DNA from: Azolla caroliniana
Lineage: Eukaryota; Plantae; Polypodiophyta
DNA: 64,000 bases
NCBI GenBank assembly: GCA_043228905.1
Contig: JBHGNT010000010.1
Location: 4,650,001 to 4,714,000 of the forward strand
Reading direction: 5' to 3'
Shown: positions 38,256 through 51,134 of the stretch, one piece after another
Numbering within the stretch: position 1 is the stretch's first letter
Layout of the letters: each line of letters begins with the position of its first letter
Notes under the pieces: generated by a model
What the model was told of the DNA's origin: nothing
The model's database searches: none
The model's input: only the letters and a program-made list of their open reading frames with translations
Translations under genes and position numbers: made by a program

Positions 38256-41200
38256 ATTATTATTATTTTTTTCCAAAAAAAGATACTACATTAGTATTAG
38301 AAAATGCCATAAGGCTAAACATACAAGATATACCACCAATCCCCTATGTTTTTCTAAATTCTAACCATCGGCTTAAAGAGACATTTTGGTGTTGAATAGA
38401 ACCACTCCAACTTATCAAAACGTCGTCTATAAAATATACCTATGTCCCAAATGGCATGAAACTCCACATGTCTAAGCTCCGCTTGATGCGTATTACCTTT
38501 TATACTATCCAAAATTCCTTTGAGATTATGCACAATCTCTATCCAAATTCCCGAAATTATTTGGGCAGGTCTTTCAGTCACATTTTGAAATACCTTCAAA
38601 CATCGAGCCTTCCAAATATACCAAATTGTAATACTATTTACCAATTGCCATATTTGAGGTTTATCAGTTTGTATTTGTGGATTCAGAGGGGTCAATTTTT
38701 TTTTCCATCAAACCATGTCTCATCATAATAGCATCTGCAACCTCCTCCTGTTCATATACCATCGGTTTATCATGTACCACCGCCCATAATACTGCACCCC
38801 ATGTGCACACTGCTCCAGGATATATTGGAGTTAATAATTTTATGATTTGTTTCCATATGTCGAGAGAAAAACCAAAACGCCACAAACAATGTTTAATAGT
38901 CTCTATTACATCTGTACATAAAGGGCACATCTTGTCTACATTTCCTTTTCGCCACCCATTAACTGGTATAACATTATGAACCAACAACCATCGAAAACAA
39001 ACAATTTCCTACTCATCATTATACCCCGTAACCATTTCCAAAATTGTTTTAGATGTTGTGGAGAAAGTTCATTTCGTCTCCAAACAACATTTGCAATTGG
39101 TTCTTTCCATGATCTAGCACCTAATATTTTCCTACCAATCTTCACAGAATACTGAAAGAACGGCACATATTTGATGTTATCTTGCACCCACACCTTCCAA
39201 TATAGTTCTCTAGGATCCCAAGTTAATGTAGATATTGGTCTCCTTTCCAATATCCAAATTCTCCAAAAAAAATCACCTTTTGAGGATCCGGATCTAAGAC
39301 CCAATTTGATCCATCATTTGCAATCACCCTCACTTCTTTATGTAAACAAAACCTAACCTAAACAAATCATTTTCCATAGGTGTAAAGATTAACCTACCAT
39401 CATCTTGTACATCAAAACTCATATGCTCTTGTTCCCCAATATAGGCTTTAACTCCAATTAAAACATCCAATGGAGTAAATAAACCCATCTACTTCTGTGT
39501 AGCAGATCCAATTTGCATCTGAACATTAAAAAGGGCATTCTGGATCGCATAATACATTATCTTCCCACCCCATATATTACTAATTAATATCATTTGTTGA
39601 TCTATAGGTTTAGACAGAAATGTTGTCCATGCACCTATAAATTGTGCTGGCCCACGATCTAATTCTGCCCATGCACATCTAGTACGCATTCCCAACATTT
39701 GTCCTCTTTGGTCAGTCAACCATGAATTCCAAATCAGAGGTTGTCTATAGAATTCAGATTCTGTTTTTGGGAATGTCTTAACTAAATCAAGAGAAATATA
39801 TTTACATGCATTAAGAACACATCGAGCAAATCTCTCTTCCTAATTTGTAGCAATAGCCAATTTGTTATGTTCCATAAAAGCCCATCTAAAACTAGGCCTC
39901 CAACCTCCAGCCGTCTTGGGACAAAACCTTTGCAATTCATAAAACAACAATTGTTTCCAAGGTTCTGATCCTAGCAACAATCCTCGAATCACAAATTTTG
40001 CCATCAAAGGTTTGGATTGTTGTAATGGATCTACAATCCCTAATCCTCCTTTATCCAATGACTTAACAATTGTGGACCAAGAGACTTTTGCCCTAGCATG
40101 GCTTCCATCATTACCAGACCACAAATAATTTTGAATCAATCTTTGCAATTGTCCCATACATGATCTTGAAAAATCTAGCATGACATAATATACTAGAGAC
40201 TAGACAACAAAACTTGATTAACGACTATCACTCTACCCGCAAATGATAGTTTAGCTTTACTCCAAAACAAAAGTTTTTTCCTAATTTTCAATAGCAAAGA
40301 AGCAACCTGAATTTCTAAAGAAATATTCACACCTACTTGACATCCCAAATATCTAATTGAAGTGCCCTTGGGAACCCATCGGAAATCTGGATGAGGACTC
40401 CATTGTGGAGTTGTGGAATTGGACAATACCAAAAAACCCACTAATTTATTCCAATTAATTGATGCACCTGAAGCCATACAAAATTTTTGAACTGTTGTGT
40501 ACATTTTCTGCAGATTATTATTCTGACCATCCAGATACAAACTTGTATCATCAACAAATTCTACATCAACAACATTTGTCCCATCAATGGGCATTGCCAT
40601 TCCTTTCAATCCAACCTCTTCAGCAATAAAAAACAAACTCATCGCTTCAACAAAAAACAAAAATAAATATGGTGCAAGTGGACAACCTTGTCGTACACTT
40701 TGGGAAATTTGAAACTCGTCACCTTTAACCCCTCCTGCCAAAACAAAACTGCACGTTGAATTATACAAAGAAGGCACTCCTATCACCCATTTCTTTGGAA
40801 AACCCAATCTTACAAGAGTACCCTTAAGGAACTCCCAATCAACACGATCATATGCCTTTTCAAAGGCAAGTAACAAAATCACTAAATCCTCTTTTTTCTT
40901 CCGAGTCAAGGCAATGGTTTCCCAAAAAAAGAACAAATTATCCAGTATATTTCTTTCCTGAATAAAACCTGTTTGGGTGATATGAATCAAATCATGTAAG
41001 AAAGGTTGCAATCTCAATGACAATGTTTTTGCGAAGATTTTATATATTGTATTTAACAAAGTTATTGGTCTCCATTTTCTAATATCATCTGATATACCTT
41101 CAACCTTAGGTATTAAATAAATCAAGCCAAGTGCCATACTACGAGGCATGTACCCAGTGTCAAAAATTCTTTGATAAGTTTTTGTTAAGTCTTCCCCAAT

Positions 41201-41715
41201 ATATTCCCAATATTTGAGGAAAAAATGTGGAGTAATTCCACCCTCCCCTGGACAAGACATAAAACTTAAAGCTCTAAGTGCATTATGTATTTCCATAGTG
41301 TCAAAGGACTTAAGTAATGCAACCTTCATTTCATTTGTAACTTTTGGCTTAATTTTGTCCCACACACATTTCCTACTTATGTGAATAGATTCTGTAACCA
41401 CACCATCAGATAACAATTTAGCATAATACGTAGTAGCAATTTGTACAATTTCTGACTCATCTTCTGTTAAGGAGCCATCTTCCCTCCTTAGTTGTTTAAT
41501 CCCTACTGCCAACCATTTCGGTGCAACTTGGGAAAAAAACGTCTTGTTTACTTTGTCACCTACTTGTGTCCATTTTGAAGTAGAAGCTTGATATTGAAAA
41601 TTTAAAATGTTGTCCTCAATCTTTCTTAATTCCCATTTCGCATTATGTAAAGCATTTGTTGTCCATTCACACAATGGATCCCTTGAAAATATTTGGAAGT
41701 CCATCAAGGCCATAT
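38256..41715 (-). mobile_element. 5'-truncated, frameshifted L1-clade LINE (RT and zf-RVT)
   Basis: ORF 41740-40193 contains KWRPITLLNTIYKIFAK, FEKAYDRVDW, VRQGCPLAPYLF, EFVDDT and RYLG. Downstream fragments include CPLC..ETIKHCLW and IWKARC. A-rich minus-strand tail at ~38256-38272. Confidence 0.9.
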
Positions 41716-42537
41716 TCGTGGGATATGACAATAGATTCACAATAAAAGGATAAAAGTTCTACAACCTTGATTCTTGCAAATTCCTCTTTGGATGCAATAG
41801 CATCATCAACAAAATGACTATCTTGTGGCAAGCTAACTTCAGAACACCGTGCTCAATATCATTGTGGAAAGGGTGTACAAATCACACAATGATCACAACA
41901 AAGAGGAACAAGAAATTACATTCCTTGAGGTACTATCAAAACTATGCCAACCAAAGCCTTCGAACTTGGAAAATGAAGTAAAAGTGCAAGTAGTTGAAGA
42001 ATAAATGAAACCGAAGCTTATTCAGAACTCTAAGAACACGTTGGAAGTTCTAAAGAAAACATACATTAGGAAACAATATATTTCCAACAAGAAACAATTT
42101 GTTTCTTGTTGATCTTATTTTTGATGCAACACCAACCTCTGAAGCATTGCCAACACTTGAAGCGACGCGATCAATGTCGGTGGATAATGTAGGCCGCATG
42201 CCGTTGCTCCCTCTCAACCCTCCCTTGTGCATAATTGTTAGATCCAACAAAACATCCATTAGGTTGTCCACATGTAAGGTTGCTTTCGATGCGTGCGTCC
42301 ACACCTGCAACTTCTTCCAACACATCCACACTTGAGCAAATAATCTTTGACATCTCAAAGTTGTGATTAGGGGTCCAATAATAGTTCAACCATCGACACA
42401 CTCAAAGAATCTTTGACACGATCACTCTAAATAGCTCAAAGGAAAACTTAATAATGATACACACCTCATCATTTCTCTGTGATTATGGCTCCGAACTCAC
42501 TTATACAAGCTTCCTCATCACACCCAATGGATAAGAA

Positions 42538-43153
42538 TGTTAGGATTTGTCCCTCCTAATGGGGGAAGTTGGTAGTTGATTGGGAGAATTGACAGATGAG
42601 ATCGAGTCATTCGGCCCGATCAACCAGTGAGTCGATTGTACAATTTAAGAGAATGAAGTGAAGATCGAGTCAACAAGTCGGGCCGACTAGATAGTCAACA
42701 TGAGAGTCGGCTAGTCGGGTCGACTGGACTATCGTCTTGTGTGTGGGTCAGATACTTGAGTTGATTAGTTGGTTGATTAAAGGCTATTATTATTATTATT
42801 AGATAATAATAATAACATATTGCTATAAATAGGAAGAGCTAAGGCAAACTAGTTTTGAGAACATAACGAAGTGTTGTATAGTGCATGTGTATAGAGTGTA
42901 GCAGAGAGTGGGAAGAGACGCGAGAGAGGCAGAGTTTAGGAAAACTTGCCGAAACCCTAAGAGGGTATTCTCTGTTTCCATAGAGAGTTGTAAATCTTTC
43001 CCTTGTACCTTTGTTCATAGTGAAAACCTGCTCTCCTGTGGTTTTTCCCGTTTTAGGGTTTCCACGTAAATAGTGTACTGCGTTTCTACTAATTTTTGTT
43101 TTCCGTGTTTGTGTATTTTCAGTTTATTTTTCTCACAGATCTACGGTCCTATC
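42538..43153 (+). mobile_element. Solo-LTR-like sequence
   Basis: Starts TGTTAGGA and ends ..GGTCCTATC (imperfect inverted termini, terminal A missing). CTATAAATAGG at ~42824 and R/U5-like sequence downstream. No 5-bp TSD; it is flanked by ~100-bp direct repeats instead. Confidence 0.65.
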
Positions 43154-43339
43154 CCTTCAAATGATGACGCATTATCATAGGAAAACTTAATAATGATACA
43201 CCTCGACACTTTTCCGTGATTATGGCTCCGAACTCACTTATACAAGCTTCCTCGTCACACTCAATAGATAAGGATGACACATGATCATTTCCCCCACCAA
43301 ATGTTGAAACCGCCAACATAAAAGACTGCCTACACGATT

Positions 43340-43700
43340 GAGAAAAGGGTAAATGGAACAATGCCACGGACAAGGAATTGTAGTCAATTATCAACAACGA
43401 CACATGGGAGCTTGTACAACCACCCGAAGGATGCGACATTGTCGGTTATCTGTGGCTACTACCACATAAATTGGACTAGAACGACTCTTATCAATTGACA
43501 CAAAGCACGGTTAGTCGTGAGAGGCTTCACTCAGGTAAACGGTGAAGACTTTATGGAAACTTACTCATTGTTTCCATGGATTCACTACATGGCTATAGCC
43601 AGTGTTGCACGTCTAGGTTTCCACATTCATCAAATTAGATGTAAAAATTGCATTTCTAACATAAACATTAGACATGAAAATCCCAATGTGCAAACACGTT
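43340..43700 (+). mobile_element. Degenerate Ty1/copia reverse transcriptase fragment
   Basis: KEL*SIINNDTWELVQPPEG and ARLVVRGFTQVNGEDFMETYS..HIHQ are copia RT N-terminal motifs, with stops. Confidence 0.7.
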
Positions 43701-44730
43701 TTGGTAGCTTGTCATGATGTTGACTCTTGAGCCTTCTCCATAATTCATTCTTGTAGATTCCTAAGTAGTCTCTTATTTTTTTGTTGTAATTCCATGAATC
43801 TGGTTGATAAACAATCAAGTTTAGAGAGAACATACATGCACTCTTGCTTTTTGAAGTATTCCATTGCACCAATGAAGCTTGTAATAACTCCTGAAAGTAA
43901 AAGAGAGTAAACTAGTTCAACTAAAAGAGAGTAATCTAGTTCAATGAGAGTAAAATAGTTCAATTGTTAGCATAGTAACCAAGAGCAAGATACAATTGTA
44001 GAAAAGAATAGATAAGTAAGAGAATAATATAACTATATTACTAAGAAGGAGAATATTAGAACAATAAGCCAAAGATTGTGTTGAACTAGAATGATTCATC
44101 GATAACTATAAAACTTAGCTTGCATAGCAAGATTAGACACATGCATAATTGCCACGTGGAATTCACGCAAGCATGCAAATTGTCAATTGTGCATTAACTT
44201 GTGTGAGGTAGCGATATCTCATATCAGAGGTGTCTCTTTCTCATAGAGATACAACTTTAATCAAAAGGTTATCCTTGCACACTCATACAACATAATCTAT
44301 GTTGTAGACTTCATAACATAATCTATGTTGTTGAATAATGGATATGACGAAGAGAGCTTAACATCACAAATAGTCTCAACAGTCTCTCAATGTGTTGTAA
44401 TGAAGGGGGTAGTTAGTCCCCTTTACGTAGTCCCGCACCTAAGGCTCCCAAACCACCACATGTTCCCACGTGTCACATGTCTATATGTGTTTGCCCCAAA
44501 TCCCAAGATGATTGGTTTCCCTACTATCATACAATGAACACATTAGGATTAGCTATAAAATTGGTTTGTTATGCCTATAACCATTCCTATTAAACATTGC
44601 CAATGTGTGACTCTAAAAGATGTTGGGGATTGTCACTTGAACATTTGGCATCAAAAGAATATTCGAAAAAGCAAATATGGGTTTAATTCTTATTTACAAT
44701 ATGTTAGGATACTAGTTAGTAGTATGTATT

Positions 44731-45110
44731 TGTTGAGAATCAAGCTCAACTTGGTCTAGTGTGTGAACTCACCTTGAGAGTGAAGAGACACTCCAACGGT
44801 CAAGAGTCACCATTATGTCACCACTTTGTATTCTAGCATTTAGTATGAGTCATAGAATCATATTTTATGACACATAACTTATGAGCTTTCACATTCCCCA
44901 TGCTCCATGAGGCTTGTATTAATGAAGAGAGAGGGTGAATACATAAAGCACCCTCCTCCTACCTTGTATAATGTTGAGTCTTTCTCCTTTGTCTATATAC
45001 TTTTACCTTACGTATTCTCTGTGTTTCTCTCTCTCTCTCTCTCTTACACACACACACATATAACTCACATCTCTTCCGCTTCACAAGAATCCATCTCTTG
45101 ATTCTTTACA
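44731..45110 (+). repeat. 5' LTR (380 bp)
   Basis: TG...CA termini; near-identical to 49826-50220. Confidence 0.95.
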
Positions 45111-45281
45111 TGGTATCAGAGTGATTTGGTAGCTCGATCTAGCCCATTCACCTCATCGTGATCGTGTGTTGTGCTCCACGGAGACGACCAAGAACCGGCT
45201 CATCGCTATCGTAGCTTCGCTACATAGCTCGCATTCGAAGAGAGAAGAAGAAGAAGAAGAATCGACATAAGGAATACTCAA

Positions 45282-48200
45282 ATGGGGAGCGCTCTCCCTA
45301 CCAAGAAGTTGGATCGAAACAACTTCGCATCTTGGGAGTACAAGATGCACCAATACCTTGTCGGACAAGGCTATTGGAGCTACATCAAAGGAGCGCATGA
45401 AGACCGACCCGCCGACGCGGCTCCCGGATACGCGACATGGGAGCAAGCTGCAAGCCGCGTCATGTATTGCTTGGCGACATGTGTTCACGATCACATGCTC
45501 GGTTACATTCGAGAAGCCAAGACGCCGAAGGAAGCGTGGGAAAATCTACGAAAGATTTTCGCCGCCAACACGACTGCGAGGAAGCTTCAACTCCGCCAAG
45601 AGTTGAACAACATTCAACAAAGGGACATGTCCATCACGACATACACCTTGAAGATCAAGGAGCTTTGCGACTCGCTTGGCTCAATAAGCGTAAGTATAGA
45701 TGATGATGAGATGGTGCAAATACGCCTCAGCAGCCTCACACCACGGTTCGGCGCGATGCGAACTGCCATTCTAGCACGGGAGAAATCTCCCTCCTTCTTC
45801 GAGCTCCAATCAATGCTATTGGTCGAAGAAAACCACGTGCATACAAGGAGCAATGAGTCGAAAGGCCACATGCTCTACACACACTCTAATGGAGGAAGAG
45901 GGCGTGGATGAGCGAGAGGCCGATTCAGCCAAGGACAAGGCGGACGAGGTCCAACCTACGACAACAACTCCCAATTTCGGCCGCAAAACGGAGGCCAATG
46001 AGGAACCTTCGCAAGAAGGGGGAGCTTCCACTCTGCCCCAAGCCGTCAAAACGCAACTGAATGTGGATATTGCGGAAAGCTCGGCCACCACGAAGAAGAG
46101 TGCCGAAAGAAGATGCGTGAATCGGCTTCCACAAGCCGACAACTCACGAATTACGGACACAATTCCGACTACGAAGAGTATAACGGAATGTACGGGAACA
46201 ACTCCGACTATGAAGATCGTGGCGAAATGTATGCATGCAACTCCGACCGTGGCGGAATGTTCATGATGAAACATAGAGCAAACTCTATGTCGGCCTCTAC
46301 CTCAACTAGTGCCCTCAATCCGGAGGACGTATGGTTTGTAGACTCTGGAGCCTCAAACCATATGACATCCCATAAAGAATGGTTTCTCGAACTTCGAGAG
46401 CCGGAGCGACCCGGTTATGTCGAAACCGGAGATGACACTACGCACCTGATTCGGCACATCGGCAATGTCCCGTTCGGCGAAAGAGGTAAGCAAACATACA
46501 TTAAAAATGTCTTGCATGTTCCCACCATCATGAAGAATTTGGTCTCGGTCGGCCAAATGGTTGAGCAAGGGATGCAAGTACGATTCGATCAAGAAGGGTG
46601 CTTTATCGAAAAAGAAGGCCGAATCATCGCACACGGAAGAAGAGAGGGCCGGATGTTCATTCTCGATTCGCATGAGATGAAATCCGCCATGTTCGCGAAA
46701 AGCACGAAAGCCGACTCCGACATAGAGCTATGGCATAAGCGAATCAGCCACATCAATCTCAACAAACTCAAAGCAATGAAATTGAAAGGAGTCGTCATCG
46801 GACTCCCGACATTCAAAGAGAAGGAGATTGAAGGTGTATGCGAAGCATGCCAATTTGGCAAGCAACACCGACACCCATTTCCGAAGGAGCGGAACATGAG
46901 CAAAGGCGTACTCGACGTAATTCATTCTGATGTATGGGGTCCGGCTCAAACGGCGACATTCGGCGGATGCCGATATTACGTGCTCTTCATCGACGACTTT
47001 TCTAGGCACACTTGGATCTATCCGATGCGGCAAAAGAGCGAAGTGTTTGGACACTTCTAAAAATTCAAGAATGAAGTCGAGAAAGCGACGGGCCGACATG
47101 TACGTTGTCTTCGATCGGATGGCGGCAAGGAGTACTTCTCGACGATTTCACGGCGTATCTCCGAAAGGAAGGAATTCGGCTAGAATTCACTTGCCGACAC
47201 ACTCCACAACAAAACGGAGTAGCCGAGCGCAAAAATTGGCACATCCTCGAAGTAGCGCGGGCCATGATGAACGAGAAGCATATGCCCAAGTCATATTGGG
47301 CCGAAGCTGCAAATACGGCCGTCTACCTAATGAACCGGTGCACAACATCCGGCGTGCACGAGGTCACTCCACACGAAAAATACTTCGGAAAGAAGCCAGA
47401 CTTATCGCACATCCGGATATTCGGCGCGATAGCGTACGTGCACATCCCCGACGAGAAGCGTCAAAAGCTTGACCGGAAGTCGGAGAAATGTATCCTCGTA
47501 GGATACTCACTCGAACAAAAGGGGTACAAGTGCTACAACCCCTCAACTCGAAAATCTAGAGTAGGTCGAGACGTCGTTTTTGACGAGTCCGCATCCTGGT
47601 ACGCACCAGAGACAACTTCGCCTCCGACTCCGCTCGACCCGGAATCTGCCGAACAAGAGATCGAGGATGAAGATCGCCCTACGCGCATGATCGAAGAAAG
47701 TCCGATCACGACCCGACTGAGCGGACCACAGGAGCCTTTGAGCGATCAAAGCACACCACGGCCTAGCCCGAAGATGGACAAAGGCAAGGGGAAAATGACG
47801 GAATATGAAGACGATCGCTTTGACGACGATGAATCGACTCACTCACTCGACAGTGAGTTCGGCGGTTTCGAGGTAGCAATCGGAGCCAAGAAAGCCCTCA
47901 TCTCTGCAAATGAAAAGCTCCACCGATCCACTCGTGAAAAGAACCCTGTAAGCCGATTCGGCTACAACGATTATATGGCGTACCATTACGCCTTTATGAT
48001 GAAGGTAGCGACAGTACGGGAGCCGGAAACCTTTTCGGAAGCCGCAAAGGACCCGCGATGGATCGAAGCAATGAACGAGGAGATGCAGGCACTACGGAAG
48101 AACGAGACGTGGGATCTCGTTCCCACCTCATCACACAAAAAGGTGATTGGATGCAGATGGATCTACAAGGTGAAGTATAACGCTGATGGCTCCGTAAACC

Positions 48201-49545
48201 GCTACAAAGCTCGACTCGTAGCGAAAGGATACGCTCAGACACATGGCGTCGACTACGAAGAGACCTTTGCCTCGGTGGCAAAGATGACGACGGGGCGGAC
48301 TGTAATTGCGATTGTTGCGGCGAAAGGGTGGCACCTCCATCAAATGGACGTCAAGAACGCCTTTCTACAAGGCGAATTAGAAGAGGAGGTATACATGATC
48401 CAACCACCCGTCTTCAACTCGAGCACTCATCCAAAAGCCGTATGCCGACTCAAGAAGCCACTCTACGGCCTCAAGCACGCACCGTGTGCTTGGCATTCGA
48501 AGATAACGCAATATCTTCATCAAATCGGCTTCCGTATGTCAAAATCGGACAACTCCCTCTACATACGAAGCGATTCCGCAAGTCCGATCGTCATCATCTT
48601 ATATGTGGATGACCTAGTCATTGGAGGTGAGCATCTCGTCGAAATCACTAAGGTCAAATCCCTCCTTTCCGACAAGTTCGAGATGACGGAAATGAAGGAG
48701 CTCCACTACTTCCTCGGCATCGAGGTAATTCGGACTCCGGCCGGAATCATGATCTCTCAACGACACTACATCCTCAACTTGTTATACAAGTTCGGGATGG
48801 CTGAGTGCAAATCCGTGGCAACCCCGCTCAATCGTAATCTTAAACTAGATGCAAACTCCGGCACCAAAGTGTGTGAGCCGACTCAGTATCGGCAACTCAT
48901 CGGGAGTCTCATCTACCTCACGATCACACGACCCGATCTCAGTTATCCGGTCGGTCTCCTTAGCCAATTCATGCAAACACCGCGTGATACTCACTTGGAT
49001 TGCGCTAGGCGAGTTCTATGCTATGTGAGCGGCACAATGGATTGCGGCATCCTCTACAAGACCGCGATGCCAATACGACTCGAGGGGTACACAGACGCCG
49101 ATTGGGCCGGCTACAAAGCTTATAGAAGATCAACCTCCGGATTTGTTTCTCCTTCGGCAGCGGAGCAATATCCTGGAGTAGCAAGAAGCAGCCCACCGTA
49201 GCTGCGTGTGAAGCCGTATGGCTCAAGAGGATTTTGAAGGATCTGGGCGTACCCATCAAGGATCCGACTTCCCTTTACTACAACAACATGAGCAGTATCT
49301 ATCTGGCTCAGAACCCGGTGTTCCACGCGCGGACAAAGCACATCGAAGTGCACTATCACTTCATTTGAGAGCGCGTTCTAGCTAGCGATGTCGACCTACA
49401 ACACATTAGCACCAATCTTCAAACAACTGACATCTTCACTAAAGCCTTAGGAGCCGACAAGCTATGGCAATTCATGACTGATCTCGGATTGACGATCCCT
49501 GACCTGCCAAGCTTGAGGGGGAGTACTGAAGACACTACGCAATAA
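45282..49545 (+). pseudogene. Copia gag-pol polyprotein, disrupted
   Basis: Gag (MGSALPTKKLDRNNFASW), zinc knuckle CGYCGKLGHHEEEC, protease WFVDSGASNHM, integrase HSDVWGP..RSDGGKEY..PQQNGVAERKN, RT KARLVAKG..LYVDDL, RNase H YTDADWAG..RTKHIEVHYHF. Stops at 45909, ~45999, 47058 and ~49366; frameshifts at ~47140 and ~49147; in-frame deletion at ~49200. Confidence 0.93.
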
Positions 49546-49594
49546 CGTGTGGATTCCGCAACCACGCAACGAAGCAACGAAGAGCCGATCTACC

Positions 49595-49716
49595 GCGCAA
49601 AGTTGCGAAGAAAGACGTAAGCCGAAGCACAGACTTCGCACAATGCAAGCTGGAGCGCAAAGTTGCGAAGAAAGACGTAAGCCGAAGCACAGACTTCGCA
49701 CAACGCAAGCTGGAGC
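49595..49716. repeat. 60-bp tandem duplication in the copia 3' untranslated segment
   Basis: gcgcaaagttgcgaagaaagacgtaagccgaagcacagacttcgcacaa(t/c)gcaagctgga at 49595 and 49655. Confidence 0.95.
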
Positions 49717-49825
49717 TCGGATTCTGTAACTCTGCATAAAGCGAGCTGACGCGGACTCCGGAAAGCGAGTTGAAGCGGATTTCGGATACCGTATGAAACC
49801 GACCCGACTTGAGCTTGAGGGGGCG

Positions 49826-50117
49826 TGTTGAGAATCAAGCTCAACTTGGTCTAGTGTGTGAACTCACCTTGAGAGTGAAGAGACACTCCGACGGTCAAGA
49901 GTCACCATAATGTCACCACTTTGTATTCTAGCATTTAGTATGAGTCATAGAATCATATTTTATGACACATAACTTATGAGCTTTCACATTCCCCATGCTC
50001 CATGAGGCTTGTAGTTAATGAAGAGAGAGGGTGACTACATAAAGCACCCTCCTCCCACCTTGTATAATGTTGAGTCTTTCTCCTTTGTCTATATACTTTT
50101 ACCTTACGTATTCTCTG

Positions 50118-50172
<55 letters not shown>

Positions 50173-50220
50173 ACTCACATCTCTTCCGCTTCACAAGAAT
50201 CCATCTCTTGATTCTTTATA
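49826..50220 (+). repeat. 3' LTR (395 bp)
   Basis: Matches the 5' LTR with ~7 substitutions, one 1-bp indel and a 14-nt longer CT tract (hand alignment). Terminal CA is mutated to TA. Confidence 0.95.
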
Positions 50221-51134
50221 GTATTGTATATGTGCTTGAGAATGTAATAGGGTTAATTAGCATTCAACCGGAGAGCATGATGGAATATACAAAAATTTGA
50301 AATACATTGCAAGTTAATGAGAACGATCTGTGTTGGGGTTTGCACAATTGTTATAAAGGAAATTGGTTTAGTCTTCGGCTGTAAATCGTAATGTTTCATA
50401 GTGGATCTATATCCACCCTTGAAGTTAGCATAATGGAAAATTTACGTATATGGATGTGCAAGGAATTTTATGATGACTCAACCCTTTACCTTTTCTAGTT
50501 TTCAAATACACACCTCTAGTGGAAAATGGCCCAGTGATTGGTCATGGTACAATGTAGTATGTATGCTTTATGTGATTCCTTAATCGTGGGAATATTCATA
50601 GATCCCAACAAAGATCCGAGATAAGGAAGGAAGTGAAGACCTGCTAATAAACAAACTATGATTAACTTTAAATGATCAGCCGAGCACCTCGATTTACAAG
50701 ATCGAAACTCCGAAAAAATCTCTCGAGCGCTAAAGTAACCGGAAAGCACAATAGCCATCAAGCAACCATACAATACACATTTCGAGGGTGCAGACATGAA
50801 CTTTGCGGGACTAGGCCGATTGAGTCTGACAAATCTTCGACCCGAACTTCGTGTAGGACTGGGCTGATTTGTCCGGCGAATTTTACTGGCACAAACAATG
50901 GGCGCGTATGGCACTGCATTCGGAAGAAACATGGAAAACACTTTGTATGCATCTGCGATACCCCCCAGTTGACTACATCTCCAATGTAGAGGGGCATTTC
51001 TTGTAATTATTGAAAGCTACATTGTAGCTTCCTTGCTTTGGTAATGGTGGTCTCAGAAAAAGAATGTCTCTCCTCCTGGATTTCCACAGACCTGAGAGAC
51101 ATTAGGTTTTGCAAAAAAGAAACAGAGATCTGAT

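Larger units (their letters stand above)
44731..50220 (+). mobile_element. Structurally complete Ty1/copia LTR retrotransposon, coding-disabled
   Basis: LTRs 44731-45110 and 49826-50220, TSD GTATT (44726-44730, 50221-50225), PBS TGGTATCAGAG (tRNA-iMet) at 45111, PPT TGAGGGGGCG at 49816-49825. Domain order is gag-PR-IN-RT-RH. Confidence 0.97.

Noticed and set aside
43700-44700. Possible LTR end plus PBS-like TTTGGCATCA at ~44643
   Set aside because: No matching LTR or downstream gag was seen. It is probably retroelement debris but cannot be delimited.
45153-49844. Many overlapping alternative-frame and antisense ORFs in the copia element, including possible env-like ORFs at 49462-49844
   Set aside because: They are expected in GC-rich sequence. 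The 3' ones are short, come from the 60-bp repeat and show no env-like features.
50516-50997. ORFs of 79-141 aa between the copia element and the unknown gene
   Set aside because: No recognisable domain or splice structure; most likely promoter sequence.
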